A stretch of 59,599 bases of DNA, the filler included, from Sphacelaria rigidula (taxonomy: Eukaryota), in assembly GCA_964200075.2 (NCBI GenBank). It is 10 parts of 10 records of this genome, joined end to end, with 100 filler letters (N's around TTAATTAATTAA, not from the genome) between each part and the next. Parts side by side here need not be neighbours in the genome. Positions count along the whole stretch, not along the records: positions 47,761 to 53,630 come from CAXNAA020023846.1; positions 53,731 to 59,599 come from CAXNAA020023847.1; 8 more parts are not named here. One strand, 5' to 3'. The position numbers and the translations under genes were made by a program. The notes under the pieces were generated by a model, which was given only the letters and a program-made list of their open reading frames with translations, was not told the DNA's origin and ran no database searches. This document shows positions 49,048 through 59,599 of the stretch, piece by piece. Position 1 is the first letter of the stretch. Every line of letters begins with the position of its first letter.

Positions 49048-50960
49048 GTTCGTGCGTCGATGATGATCGTTCTCAAATGTGCGTGGAATCGCACACGCAG
49101 TGTTCAGGAGGTGATGCACGTCCCACGTCCTGTGCGATACAGGTTGAAGCTTCCTCGTACTCGTATGTTACTGGGATGTATTTGTCTGTACTGTAATAGT
49201 CCTGTTGCATTTAGATTTCAATCTGCCTCCTTCAGGAAGGTAGTCGTAGAGGCTTGAAGTTTCATGGGATTTTTATTCATCATCACTCTTGTAGAGGACG
49301 AGCGGGATGATTTCACGGGACTACAAAATACGCGTTGCAGTCAGCTTTCGATTGACGACCTACACGGACAGTCGGAACCGACTACAGTCAGTATGCATCG
49401 GCACAGTACACGAGACGGTATATCAGTACACAAGAGGCACTACAACAGTACAGACAACTGCACTGCACGTCAAGCCGTGTCTGAGGCCGAATCTTATCGA
49501 GGCAATAGAAAAGAAGCGAGCAAAAAAGAGTAGCAAACGAGAAGCGAGCAAAAAGAAGCAAGAGTAAAAAACAAAAAAGCATGTTTGTTGGTCGCTCGGT
49601 ACGACCCCCCACCCGAAAAAACCGGCGGCGGCTTATACCAAGGCGGCGGCGGGTTATTTTTCAGGCGGCGGCCCTTTTTTTCGTAGGTTATTTGGGAATA
49701 TTTAGGGCTGTTCGCGAAGACTTTTTTGGACTGTTTGCGATCGAGGGGAACACGCCATCGAAGGGAACATGGACGAGTGGCGCAATTACCCTTGCTGTCG
49801 TACACCCTGTCGTACAAACCGCACCTGAGGCACAGCTACACATCAACTTCTGATCCCACTGTCCCAGGATAGACAACAAATAGCTCGAGCCTTATCTATT
49901 GATCAACTGTATTGTGTACGACGTTTTACGTTTTTACCTCCGGGCAAATCGGTTCAAGGTTGAACGAGAAACAACGATTTCTGTCAGACGCGCGTCGCGT
50001 AACACACCCAATAATGGTCACCGACTCCATCGTGAACAACTTCTTTGGCACACCCACGACCGGCCCTCCTCCAGTACGGAAAGGATTGCCGTGAAACAAG
50101 TAACACCGTGTGTTGATGAGCAAGAGCTTGCGCTAGGGGTGATACGCTTGTGCTGTGGATATCTGAGCGTGCTTGTTTGGGCTGAATTCTTCAGGTTCAC
50201 CGCTTTTCTGACACGTGTTCCAGTCGCGGCCGTTGAGATTTTAAGACCTGTTTCCGACTGCGTCCAGCGCCGAAAGAAACACCACTCTTCTTGCGAAAAA
50301 GTTCATGTTATGTTTCCTCGTTAGGACCCATACTGGTTGTTGTGGGCAGGCAAGCTGCCTTGCTCGCTTCGTGTTTGCTTCTTATTCCGTTTCGGTGAGA
50401 CTCGACCCTACTGCTGCCGTGATGGGTAAGGCCGTGTTTGAACCCCTTGGCCTCGGGCAGCGTTTCGGAACGGTTCCTCTGGGTGGTAGTAGTCCAGCGG
50501 TTCTTGTGTTTTTGATAGTTCTGGTTGGTGAAATGATTCCATCGATATCCTACAAATTGCTCAATAGAGAGTTTCGGAAACACAGGTCAGAACTCAGGGA
50601 TAAGGAAAAACTCAGGGATTATAAAGGAAGTTGGGATTCAAGGCCAGGATATGACGAATTCCCCTAGGTAAACCCCGAAAACTGAACCCTGAGAAGAGAC
50701 ATGCGCAGCAACTCAGGATTAATTTTCAAATTTTCAAATAAACCCTGAGTTGCTGAACACCCCAAAGGTTGATGCCACACTCAGAGGTATGAAACGGAAC
50801 TAGACACCCTGCCCCATGACGATCAAGCTTACAGAACACAGCCGCACCGTGCGTAGGACAAATATCGTAAGTGAGGTGATGGCGAATGCCGTGAACGCCC
50901 GCGACAGCGCTGATGATGACAGCTCGTTCACGAGGGTGAACGAAGACTATGAGGAGCATT

Positions 50961-51224
50961 GGAGGCGAACGGAGGGGCCGAGACACCAGTCGACCTGGCT
51001 TATGATGATGCGAAAGGGCGGGAGTCGGCCGCTTAAGCAGCTGCCACGAGGACTTGACAAAATGGCCACCCAACGTGAAGCTTGCGTTCGCTCGCGCAGG
51101 TACACCACCGTTGTGTGGCCATTTTGTCGAGATCCTCGTAGCGTCTGCATGAGTGGCACACTTCAGCCCTTCCACGTCATCTTTAGCCAGATCGACAGGT
51201 GTCTCTGTTCCCCTGTTCGCCTCC
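50961..51224 (+). ncRNA. Long imperfect hairpin, candidate microRNA precursor
   Basis: Arms at about 50961-51075 and 51108-51224 pair along their whole length with scattered mismatches. The loop is about 30 nt. Confidence 0.55.
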
Positions 51225-51571
51225 ACACGGCTAGGATTACTGCGTATAGTGAACCTTCATCGGGAACTACTGTACTTTCTCATAGTATGCAAACGTACAC
51301 ACACGGGCATGCTCACACTTTTGCTACAAACAGTAGTACAGTACACAACACTTACTACAGGAAGCATACAAAACTGTCTACAGACAGCACAGTCAGTGCA
51401 AAAACAGTACTACAACAGTACAAATTCAGCTGTCTCAACTCAATAGTGCTGTACGACACACCGGCATGTGCAGGACTTGTGAATGACTTTCGGGCGCCGA
51501 GGTGCAATGCCCTTGTACCCAACGCTGTGTACTGTGCCGGGTTCGTATCCGGAGGCTGTGTTGATGATACT

Positions 51572-51795
51572 GTGTGTGAGTTGTCGTCCCATCTATTCTT
51601 GACGCCGGTCTACACCTCGCCGTATACGTGGGCGCACCAGCCGGGGTCACACAGGAGGAGGGCCAACACAGGATTTTTTTTTTCATTTTTCGTTTGTTTT
51701 CAGTACTCCACCTTTCTTCTGCGGTGCTTGCCTTTATATTTTATTGCGAGAGAGGTTCAGCAGTCCTTTTCCCTCTTCGACCGTCAAGTCGAATA
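51572..51795 (-). mobile_element. SINE family 1 body
   Basis: Near-identical to 23881-24110. Confidence 0.75.
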
Positions 51796-53254
51796 TACTG
51801 CTGTCGCGTATTCAACGGTACGGGGACAGCATAAACAACTAAAGTCATGCTAGGATAGGACGGGGGGTATTGTGGGCCGTTGCTTCCACTAAATTCAACC
51901 TCGAATCGATTTCAGGAACAGCGATCTTTAAAACGGACGTGTTGCCTATAAATAACGCTCATTCATACTGCTTGACGCCATTTTACCCAAATACACGCTC
52001 ACGGCGAGTGTGTCGGATTGTCCGAAACATCTATGAGTATTTTTTCCCTGGAATCAAACACCCAACCTATGGTAGCACGGCTCTGTATGTACTCTCCTGC
52101 GCTGTACGGGTAACACCGCATGGGTGGGCGTAGAGTACAAGCGCAGAAAAGCACGGCGCGACTCGGACCTTTTGAACTCATGACACCGACCACGTGGCAT
52201 TCGGAACAGAAAATAAAAAACCCTGAAAAAAATTCCACGGTCCACACCTACGTGGTGAAAAAAATAAAAACAAACCTGCGGTTCAAGCGCAAACAATCCA
52301 GTAGTTTCTCGCTGTTATCCCCGAGTTCAGATTTCCCCCCCGAAACTCTCTAATATCGCCCAACTGGAGGTGAAGCAGGATTTTACCATTTTTGACCATC
52401 AACCATAGACACACACAAAGAGGATGCTTTCTACTCTCTGCACAGTATTTGCCGCCTACACCCCTCCTGCGTTGTGAAGAGCTTCGCACTGCTGTTGTAT
52501 AACACTGAGTAGAAATGGAACGAGTGTATACTGTAGTGGCTGCGTGTACGGTTGGAAAAACGGCAGTGTATTACAGTATCACCTGTACTGTTTGTTGTTT
52601 TTAGTCGCGCCGATGAGTAAATTCCGTCTTCACTGTACAGCAGGAGCGCATTACCAAAATACAGTGCAGTTAAGACGGTAAGACATGCAGTGCACCTTAA
52701 AAACATCCAGGAGGTGCGCCAGCAACGCCTTAAATATACGAAGGCTGCTACTAATAAGGCAAGACAGAGAGTATGTTGCTTTTGTACATCGCAGCAGTAG
52801 TGTTAGCCAGCGTACTTCACTTGGTTGCGCATGACAGGATGTACCGCCTACCCAGTATGCGGAAACGTACACCCACGTGGCTTGGCCGGCGACAACGTTC
52901 AGTTGCCATCATGTACTCATTTTCATAGTAACATTCAACATCTACCTGTTCAGATGAACAGACCTGTTGTCCGTCTTAAAAAACAACAGATGTGAATTGA
53001 AATTTGAACACGGGTGATATTCGGCGATCTGGGGGGGGGGTGGCGATCAAATACTTGACGGGGCGACAAGCAAACTTTCCACAAATGCGTCCCAGAAAAG
53101 CGTCCCAAAAAAACACATTCCAACGAGTGCCCCGTGATTTATTGCCACGATGCACCCCCACCCCCCTCCCCCCTCCCCCACCCCCTACGGCCCTTATTTA
53201 TATAATTTCTCCATACGTTTGTCGTTTATCCCCCACATTCATGATATAAATAAG

Positions 53255-53510
53255 GGAAAATGAGCGCTAAGATGGAAAGTGGACGAGAAAGAGTACCTAA
53301 CGATTTACGGGGACTAAGAGAAGGGATATGGATGAAAACATATCAGCGCGGCCCGATGGACTACGCGAAAAAGTTGAAGCTGCGATATGGGGTGGGAGAT
53401 GTTGCCCTGCCAGAAAGAAGGGATGCACCACCAGTAGTCGTGTGGAGGAAGAAGTAGATGCACATGATTGCCCCTGTAGCAAAGCAATAGAAAAGTCATG
53501 TACGAGCTGG
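53255..53510 (+). mobile_element. Non-LTR retrotransposon (LINE) C-terminal fragment, frameshifted
   Basis: Pieces LREGIWMKTY..GPMDYAKKLKLRY.VGD..LPERR and EEEVDAHDCPCSKAIE resemble the post-RT region and the start of the terminal zinc knuckle. Assignment is from recall, not a search. Confidence 0.6.
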
Positions 53511-54544
53511 GCCCGCCATAAACCCAGCATCCTCTGTCGTCACCACAACTCTTCAAGTTTCCCCAATCAGCACGACCTGAGCATATCGCTGTGAACTGCA
53601 CACTAACCCGGTAACATAGGCACCGCCGCTNNNNNNNNNNNNNNNNNNNNNNNNNNNNNNNNNNNNNNNNNNNNTTAATTAATTAANNNNNNNNNNNNNN
53701 NNNNNNNNNNNNNNNNNNNNNNNNNNNNNNTTTGTTCCTTTTCGATTCTCTTCTCCCCTAATTTCTTGGGCTTCCTATCCTGCTATTCCCCCCCCCCCCC
53801 CCCCCCCCTGCCTCTGCACCCAATCCCATCCCAATCCAACGCATCAGCAACGATCGTATCAATAGATGGACAGGCGACATTGCCCTCGCATCAAGAATCG
53901 CACGCTTGGACCATCATCATCAGCCCGCAAATGGGTCGTCGGCAACATCACCGTCACTGTCGTGGGGTAAGTGATGACGGGGTATTGTTGTTGTCCATCT
54001 TCGTGTTTATATTGTGTCGAATTGAAATTGGCGACGACGGCAATGCTACAGAAGCAGCGCTGCCGGGAGCGGCCATGTTTTGGGACTGTACTCTCTCTTT
54101 TGCCCTCTCTCGACCATGGCTCAAAAACTTGCGGGAATGGAAAGTCCGGGGAGTGACTGAATCCATCAGAGTGATCCGACGGAACGGGTCGGAAGTCCGT
54201 TTCAACTGAAGTATTTGAAACGAGGGTGACACAACATCACCTCAGTGGGCTGGTGAGACGTTCGGTCGCACAAAAAACTTTCATCCCTCCGAAAAAAGGA
54301 CGACGTTCAAAAGTCGCCGCACGGTTTGTTTACCGTGGTATGTGTTGTCAAGAACACGGGTGTAGTATACCTCGATTGGTTACCAAATGCCCGATTGTTA
54401 ACTGTTAGTTCGTTGTTCGATAGATGGTCATACATACCGTTGAGACTTCACGAGAAGAACATTAATACATCGATTGGGAAAACACGCCTCCGGTCATGTG
54501 AGACGGACCATTGTTGGGTATATATTCGTCCTTTCTCGGTGCAG

Positions 54545-56324
54545 GCGCCGTCGACTGCCGGTCACGACCAACCACCACTCCCGGTGGCTGCGCCGACACG
54601 GCGGTTGGGTTTGAGAGCGGTAAGCCCACCGGAGCCGGGGGTGAGGGGGTAATTGGTGAAAGAGGTGAAGAAGAGGGGGAGCAGGCGAGGGCATTTCTGG
54701 AGAAGTGGTATGCTGCTCAGCTGTGGGGAGGGGTCAAGACGCGTCGTCCCCTGCTTTGTTCGGAAATGGTGCGCCGTCGCCTGGAATCTGGATTTTTCCG
54801 TGGAAACAGTAAACGGCGGCGGAGGAAACACTCAGATCTTGCGGGGGCATGCATGGGGCTGAGCGTTGCGCGGCAGCCCAACATGTGGCCGCTGCTACGT
54901 AGTCTTCCGGAAGATATGCGGGTGCCTGTTTTGTACGTTGCTGGAGCGTTAGACCCGAAGTATGGCGGTGCTTCTTCGTCGATGTCCCCGAGTCCTCGCA
55001 GTGGTGTTTCTCGCCAAGAAGCCGGCGCTGCTGCGCCGGAAGTCCTTGCGAAGTCGGTGAGTTCAAGATATTGAGTAGATTGTTCGTACGCCTCGCCGCG
55101 CCCCGGTGGTGTCACCGGTACAACTGATTCCACTCAGGTCGGAAGCTCGCGGGTTCAATTCCCGGCAGACGCGGTTGATTGTTTTTTCTGGGAAATTTCT
55201 GATTTTCGTGGTTAAAACATTGGCGGCGTGAGTTAACAAAAAATATTAAAGTGATGAGAGTCGGGATGCGGAAGTGCTAGAACCCAATTCGCGAGACCAA
55301 ACGGCCAAGTGCGTACGGGTGGCAGAGATGAGTTGTATCTCTTGAGATCACGGACTCCTCCCGAGGACGGGGAAGAGGCTGAAAGCGAAACATGAACAAG
55401 AATACAAAAACGTACGGGTGATTGATCGAGTATAGCACTCCCGATCCGCAGTTTTTCGAACCTCGATTTAGTTCGGAAAATAAGATCCTGCATTGCCGCG
55501 AAACCCTGTTTCATTGATATGAGCTCGACGAAGTCGTTTCAAAGACACTGCTGTTTTCAATGTCCCCTGCAGTGTTTGAGGTAGTCGAGGTTGGATATAC
55601 CAACCGGGAGCACTGTACTGCCGTCACATACCGAAATAATCTTTCCATACATTGCGCCTCCATTGATTTCGAGCAGCCACTTCTTCTGATTTTTCGTCCT
55701 TTATACCTGCACCGAAAATGCGGTTGTCGGGAGGAAATCATGATGTAAAAATACGTGGATCCTGTCAGAAGTTCGGTGTGTGTAGAGAGCACAGAGCTAT
55801 GGTTCATACTTCTTTGCGAGGCATTGTCGCCCGCCTACGTCCGTAGCGGTTTTTCGATGGGTAATGAAAGACACTGCCTGTCGCGAGCCTGAAGACGGCA
55901 ATTCTTTGCGCCTACTGGAACACTCAGGCTCTGGAGAAGCGGTAGCAACGGTGCTAAATACTCTGTTTCATCGCCTACCCTTCGAGTGCCTAAGTGTTCC
56001 AGTAGGGGCAAAGAATTGCCGTCTTCAGGCTCGCGACAGGCAGTGTCTTTCNNNNNNNNNNCCGGCTCCTTGGGAGGGGGTAGAACAGTTGTAGCTACTC
56101 TTTTTTTTTTCCTCCCCTCCCTCTGGCCTCCCCCCCCCCCCCCCCCCCCCCTGTCTCCCATCCTTCGCTCAAACACACTCATGTTCCACACGCACCGCAG
56201 GTGGCAGGAGAGATATCATCGCGATATCCAAGCACGCGCGTTACTGTATTACCGGAATGCGGACATGCGGTGCCAACTGAAGAGCCAGCAGCGTTGTATC
56301 GTGAAATTAGTCGATTATTTCTAA
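54545..56324 (+). CDS. menH: MenH (SHCHC synthase, alpha/beta hydrolase) C-terminal half of a fused phylloquinone-pathway gene
   Basis: Exon 54545-55056 encodes FLEKWY..LW..RRR..LSVARQPNMW..VLYVAGALDPKY (catalytic Asp). The exon from 56201 encodes VLPECGHAVPTEEP (catalytic His). Confidence 0.85.
55094..55385 (+). mobile_element. SINE family 2 in the MenH intron
   Basis: Head cgccgcgccccggtggtgtcaccgg...gggttcaattccc (A and B boxes) and body ttgagatcacggactc. Confidence 0.7.
55866..56051 (+). ncRNA. Near-perfect intronic hairpin (candidate pre-miRNA or assembly artefact)
   Basis: gaaagacactgcctgtcgcgagcctgaagacggcaattctttgc... pairs with its reverse complement ending at 56051. It is immediately followed by a 10-N gap. 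Confidence 0.45.
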
Positions 56325-56574
56325 CAAACGGAATAAAACTAGGCGGGAAGGGGATGGGGGAGCCGGAGCGGCGGCCGGCAGTCATTCCAGCACAAAATGC
56401 AGAGGGAGTCGTTTCGGGATTGATTCACTCGGGTGGGAAAAGAAAAGGGTTGTCGGTAACGGGAAGCGCGCTAGATGCACGAGCGGAGTTGTGTGGTGGT
56501 GAGGGGGTGTCGGTACGAGCAGCAGTTGACGCGAGCGTGCCGCCGAACGGTGGGGGTGACGACAGCGAACATGG

Positions 56575-58027
56575 TGTGCGAATCACATCATTCCACCTTG
56601 AGAATTTCGCGCTTCCCATGAAGACTCCGCTTCAGCTCAGCCGATGCAGGCTGACGGAACGACGTGGAGTGCTGGTAAGGTTGGAAGGGGAAGCGACGAC
56701 TCCGTTCTCGAAGGACGACACGACGGTTTCGTCAACAGAGCCAAAAGGGGGCGAGGGAGGCGGGAGAAGTCGGAGCGGGAGCGGGGTGGAGGGACGTCTG
56801 CGCGTGTGGGGTGTCGGCGAAGTTACACCGCTCCCAGGTAGGCTACAGGAATAGATAGGAATATTTTATATTTGAAACCCGATGTTGTGATGTGCCGATA
56901 TATTCGTTGGGGTAAATCAGGAGAATCAGGGCTACTATTCAGGCCGGGCTAAGACGCGGACAGGGGTGTGAACACGCGATTATGCAGCTCAATGTTGGGT
57001 CGTCTTTTGCCGTCAGTTATTCACAATTTTCTTCTGAAAAAAATATTCTGAATTTTTCGGTCGCTGATAATTCACGAAGAAAAACGCAAAATTGTAGGGG
57101 GCAGGAAATAGAGTCTTTGTACATCGTTTTGTACATCGTGTCAAAATTTCACAGAAAACGATCCAAAATTGAGCTGCGTAATCGCTTGTTCGTGTCGAGG
57201 ATCGGTTCCTATATGGAGATGGACCAGCCACGAAAAGATGAAACGCGGTTATGCTGTTCACTTTCAAGTGTTTTTCCACGAAATTTTGACACGATGTGTA
57301 TGAGCTATGTTGTAAAGCCCGTATTCTCCCCCCTTGACTTTTTTTTTCTTCAATGATTTGTCGGCGCTTTTGTACCAGGAAACATGTTTCGAGATTTAGA
57401 TCACCAATAACTCACGAGGAAATAAATGAATGAAGGAGAAACGGTGGGGGCTTCACACATACCTCATGTGTATCGTGTCAAATTTTCATGGAAAACGACT
57501 TGAGGTTGAGCAATGAAATCGCGTTTTTCTGTCGAGAGTCGGTTCACTTTCTTGTAGAGTACAACAACCTCAGCCGGAACTTTGACGTTTTCTACACGCT
57601 TTGTTCACCCACTGCTCACCGGTTCGCACACTAGTACCAGACGCCTTGGCGAGCTGGAGGTCTCGTCTGCGTGCCATCTCAGACACTGCGCGCCTGTAGT
57701 ACATGCATTGTTGTACAATCACACAACTAGTGCAGCACCATCAGTTAGCGGCCGCGGCACAACTGACTGTGACCGTAGATGCGATTTCACGCGTTTTTTC
57801 CCCCCTAATTCCGCCGCACATGCCACCCTCAACTCTCTTCACTTCGCAGCTGAGTACAGTTTGATATTTCGTTCGATGACAACTTGCCAGATCGCAGTGC
57901 TACGTGAAGTAAAATACGCGCGTTGATTTGCAGATTACCGCGATGTGTCATAGCAGGCACAACTCGCGATAGATCGTCAGTTAGAACCGGCTGAAGGGAA
58001 TTCCGCTTCTTAGGCGGCCCAGTCTGG

Positions 58028-58061
<34 letters not shown>

Positions 58062-59142
58062 CTTATTTGACGGACCGCCAAGGGTCATGACAAGAACGAT
58101 TCGACGGAATACCTGCATCGGATCACGTAGTTCCCAGAACATCTGCGCACATCCGCACTACCCTAGCCCAAAAAATCCACACTCGTACTTCGAAAGAAGT
58201 ATCCCTCTCATTTTTTAATTGCAGCGCGCTTCGAGAATCGGGAACGTCTCAAGGTGTAGCCGCCGCCACCGCTGCTGCTCTGTACTCCCCCTTGTGCTCG
58301 TGCTCTCCCAACCTCCCGAAGGCTTTCATTCAGAAAGCTTGGACGATTGCTTGGCACAACTCCGTGCTGTCTTGCCTACTCTGGTCGGCCGCACGGCATC
58401 GTTCGGGCTCACCAACCTGGATGGCGCAGTCGCAGCGGGGAGCGTCTCTAACACGGCTACGCTGAGCGATTGGCTCAACGCAGGCCTTGCTCATGTTGCG
58501 ACACCCCCTGGTGCTGGTGAAACAGCTGTTGCCCGTGCGGCAACAGCAGCTAGGGTAAGCGAGGTTTTGCATCTTTGTTGCAGTTGAATAGTACGGGCTT
58601 TCGAGTTGGTCCGAGGTGTAGCGTTGAACCATCGTACGCCATGTCTGAATTTTTTCACCAGCGATGGTTCCAGTGGTGTACTGATTTTTTCGAGGTTTCA
58701 GTAGTGGAAGGGCCGATCTATGTTCGCGACATGCTTGTGTTTGGCGAGAGAATCCCACCGTAAAATGTTTTGGTTGTGTGGTACCGCCTTCAACTGCACC
58801 GTTGAGTATGCTGACGGCAAAGTGTATCGCACGCGGTCGCACTCGGTGGCCGCTGTGGCTGACCCCTCAATACACCCCACGTTTTCCATCAGTGAGTATA
58901 AAATACCTCTCCTCTCCGCTTCCCCTACATTATGTTTTAATTGTCATGCGGCAAAGTCGCAGGTGCTTCTCCCGTGTGTGGAAGCGGGGCTGGAAATGGC
59001 ATTGTTGCACGTTACGGCGAAAGCGTCTGGCACGGCGATAGGCGTCGCGATGAGTAAGGCGTCTGGGGATCTGCCCTGCAGAGGAACGATCGAGATCAAC
59101 GCGCTATCAACCAGAAACGAATCACGTACTCCTACAGGCGAG
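56575..59142 (+). CDS. menC: MenC (o-succinylbenzoate synthase) N-terminal part, in frame after MenH
   Basis: Exon 56201-56837 continues into F.LPMKTPL..LTERRGVLV..GVGEVTPLPG. Exon 58322-58554 gives GFHSESL, and exon 58963-59142 gives LPCVEAGLEMALL..IEINAL. Splice phases 1 and 0 are consistent. Confidence 0.83.
58027..58060. repeat. (TA)n microsatellite
   Basis: Direct reading. Confidence 0.85.
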
Positions 59143-59599
59143 GTGCGGTAGTTTTGCCTCGCATCATCTCTTTCTCTTGCTCAATTCGTCGCTGTGTAGG
59201 GTCTTCGGTGTTTTTTGGCATTTGCCTGGGTGTCCAGAGAAACCAATTTCAGAGTAATTGGAAGGGCCTCGCCAGATCGCAAAACTCTTCTCCCACCCCG
59301 CCTCGCCACCCATTTTTTTGTCCCGACGGACGGTGAAACCTTCGTGCTTTACTTCTCATTGCAGAGTAGGAAGTAACTTGAGCAGCAACAAGCCAACCGG
59401 GCGCTGTTCTCTTTGCGCTTGGTGAAAATATATCACGACTAGTTGTGGTTTAGAGTGGGTTAGCAGTGGCCTCGATCTGTGAAGAAGCCAGCGCAGAGAC
59501 TACAAGCAGCTCCGGTTAAGTCATACCGGTCAGTTGGGTGTACTCATGATCATCCATGCCATAGCCATAAGACCATTGACCTCGCATCCCTACAACGCC

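Noticed and set aside
50816..51853. 345-aa ORF as a protein gene
   Set aside because: It runs through the hairpin, low-complexity sequence and a SINE, with no recognisable domain.

Overview
This window is eukaryotic DNA and is not a contiguous locus. It is ten unrelated contigs of about 5,870 bp each, joined by identical 100-nt spacers (N44-TTAATTAATTAA-N44) at 5871, 11841, 17811, 23781, 29751, 35721, 41691, 47661 and 53631, so nothing can be inferred across spacers. Short GT-AG exons in long repeat-rich introns, TTAGGG repeats and the gene content suggest a photosynthetic stramenopile, most likely a brown alga (inference). Recognisable content: a degenerate Ty1/copia element (contig 1); a gene ending in a TFIIS-type zinc ribbon (contig 2); six exons of a divergent Lon protease (contig 4); a 3.2-kb polyQ/low-complexity exon (contig 6); an RNase II/RNB exon (contig 8); a head-to-head pair of a TRIC/UPF0126 gene and a mitochondrion-targeted gene (contig 9); and a phylloquinone-pathway gene with MenH fused upstream of MenC (contig 10). 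There are also many MITEs, two tRNA-derived SINE families and a LINE fragment. The best leads are two long hairpins resembling microRNA precursors, the MenH-MenC domain order, the atypical TFIIS-like ribbon, tandem LTR-end/PBS units in the copia leader, and telomeric repeats inside several MITE families. I found no CRISPR array, rRNA or intact tRNA, and cannot claim a demonstrably new system.
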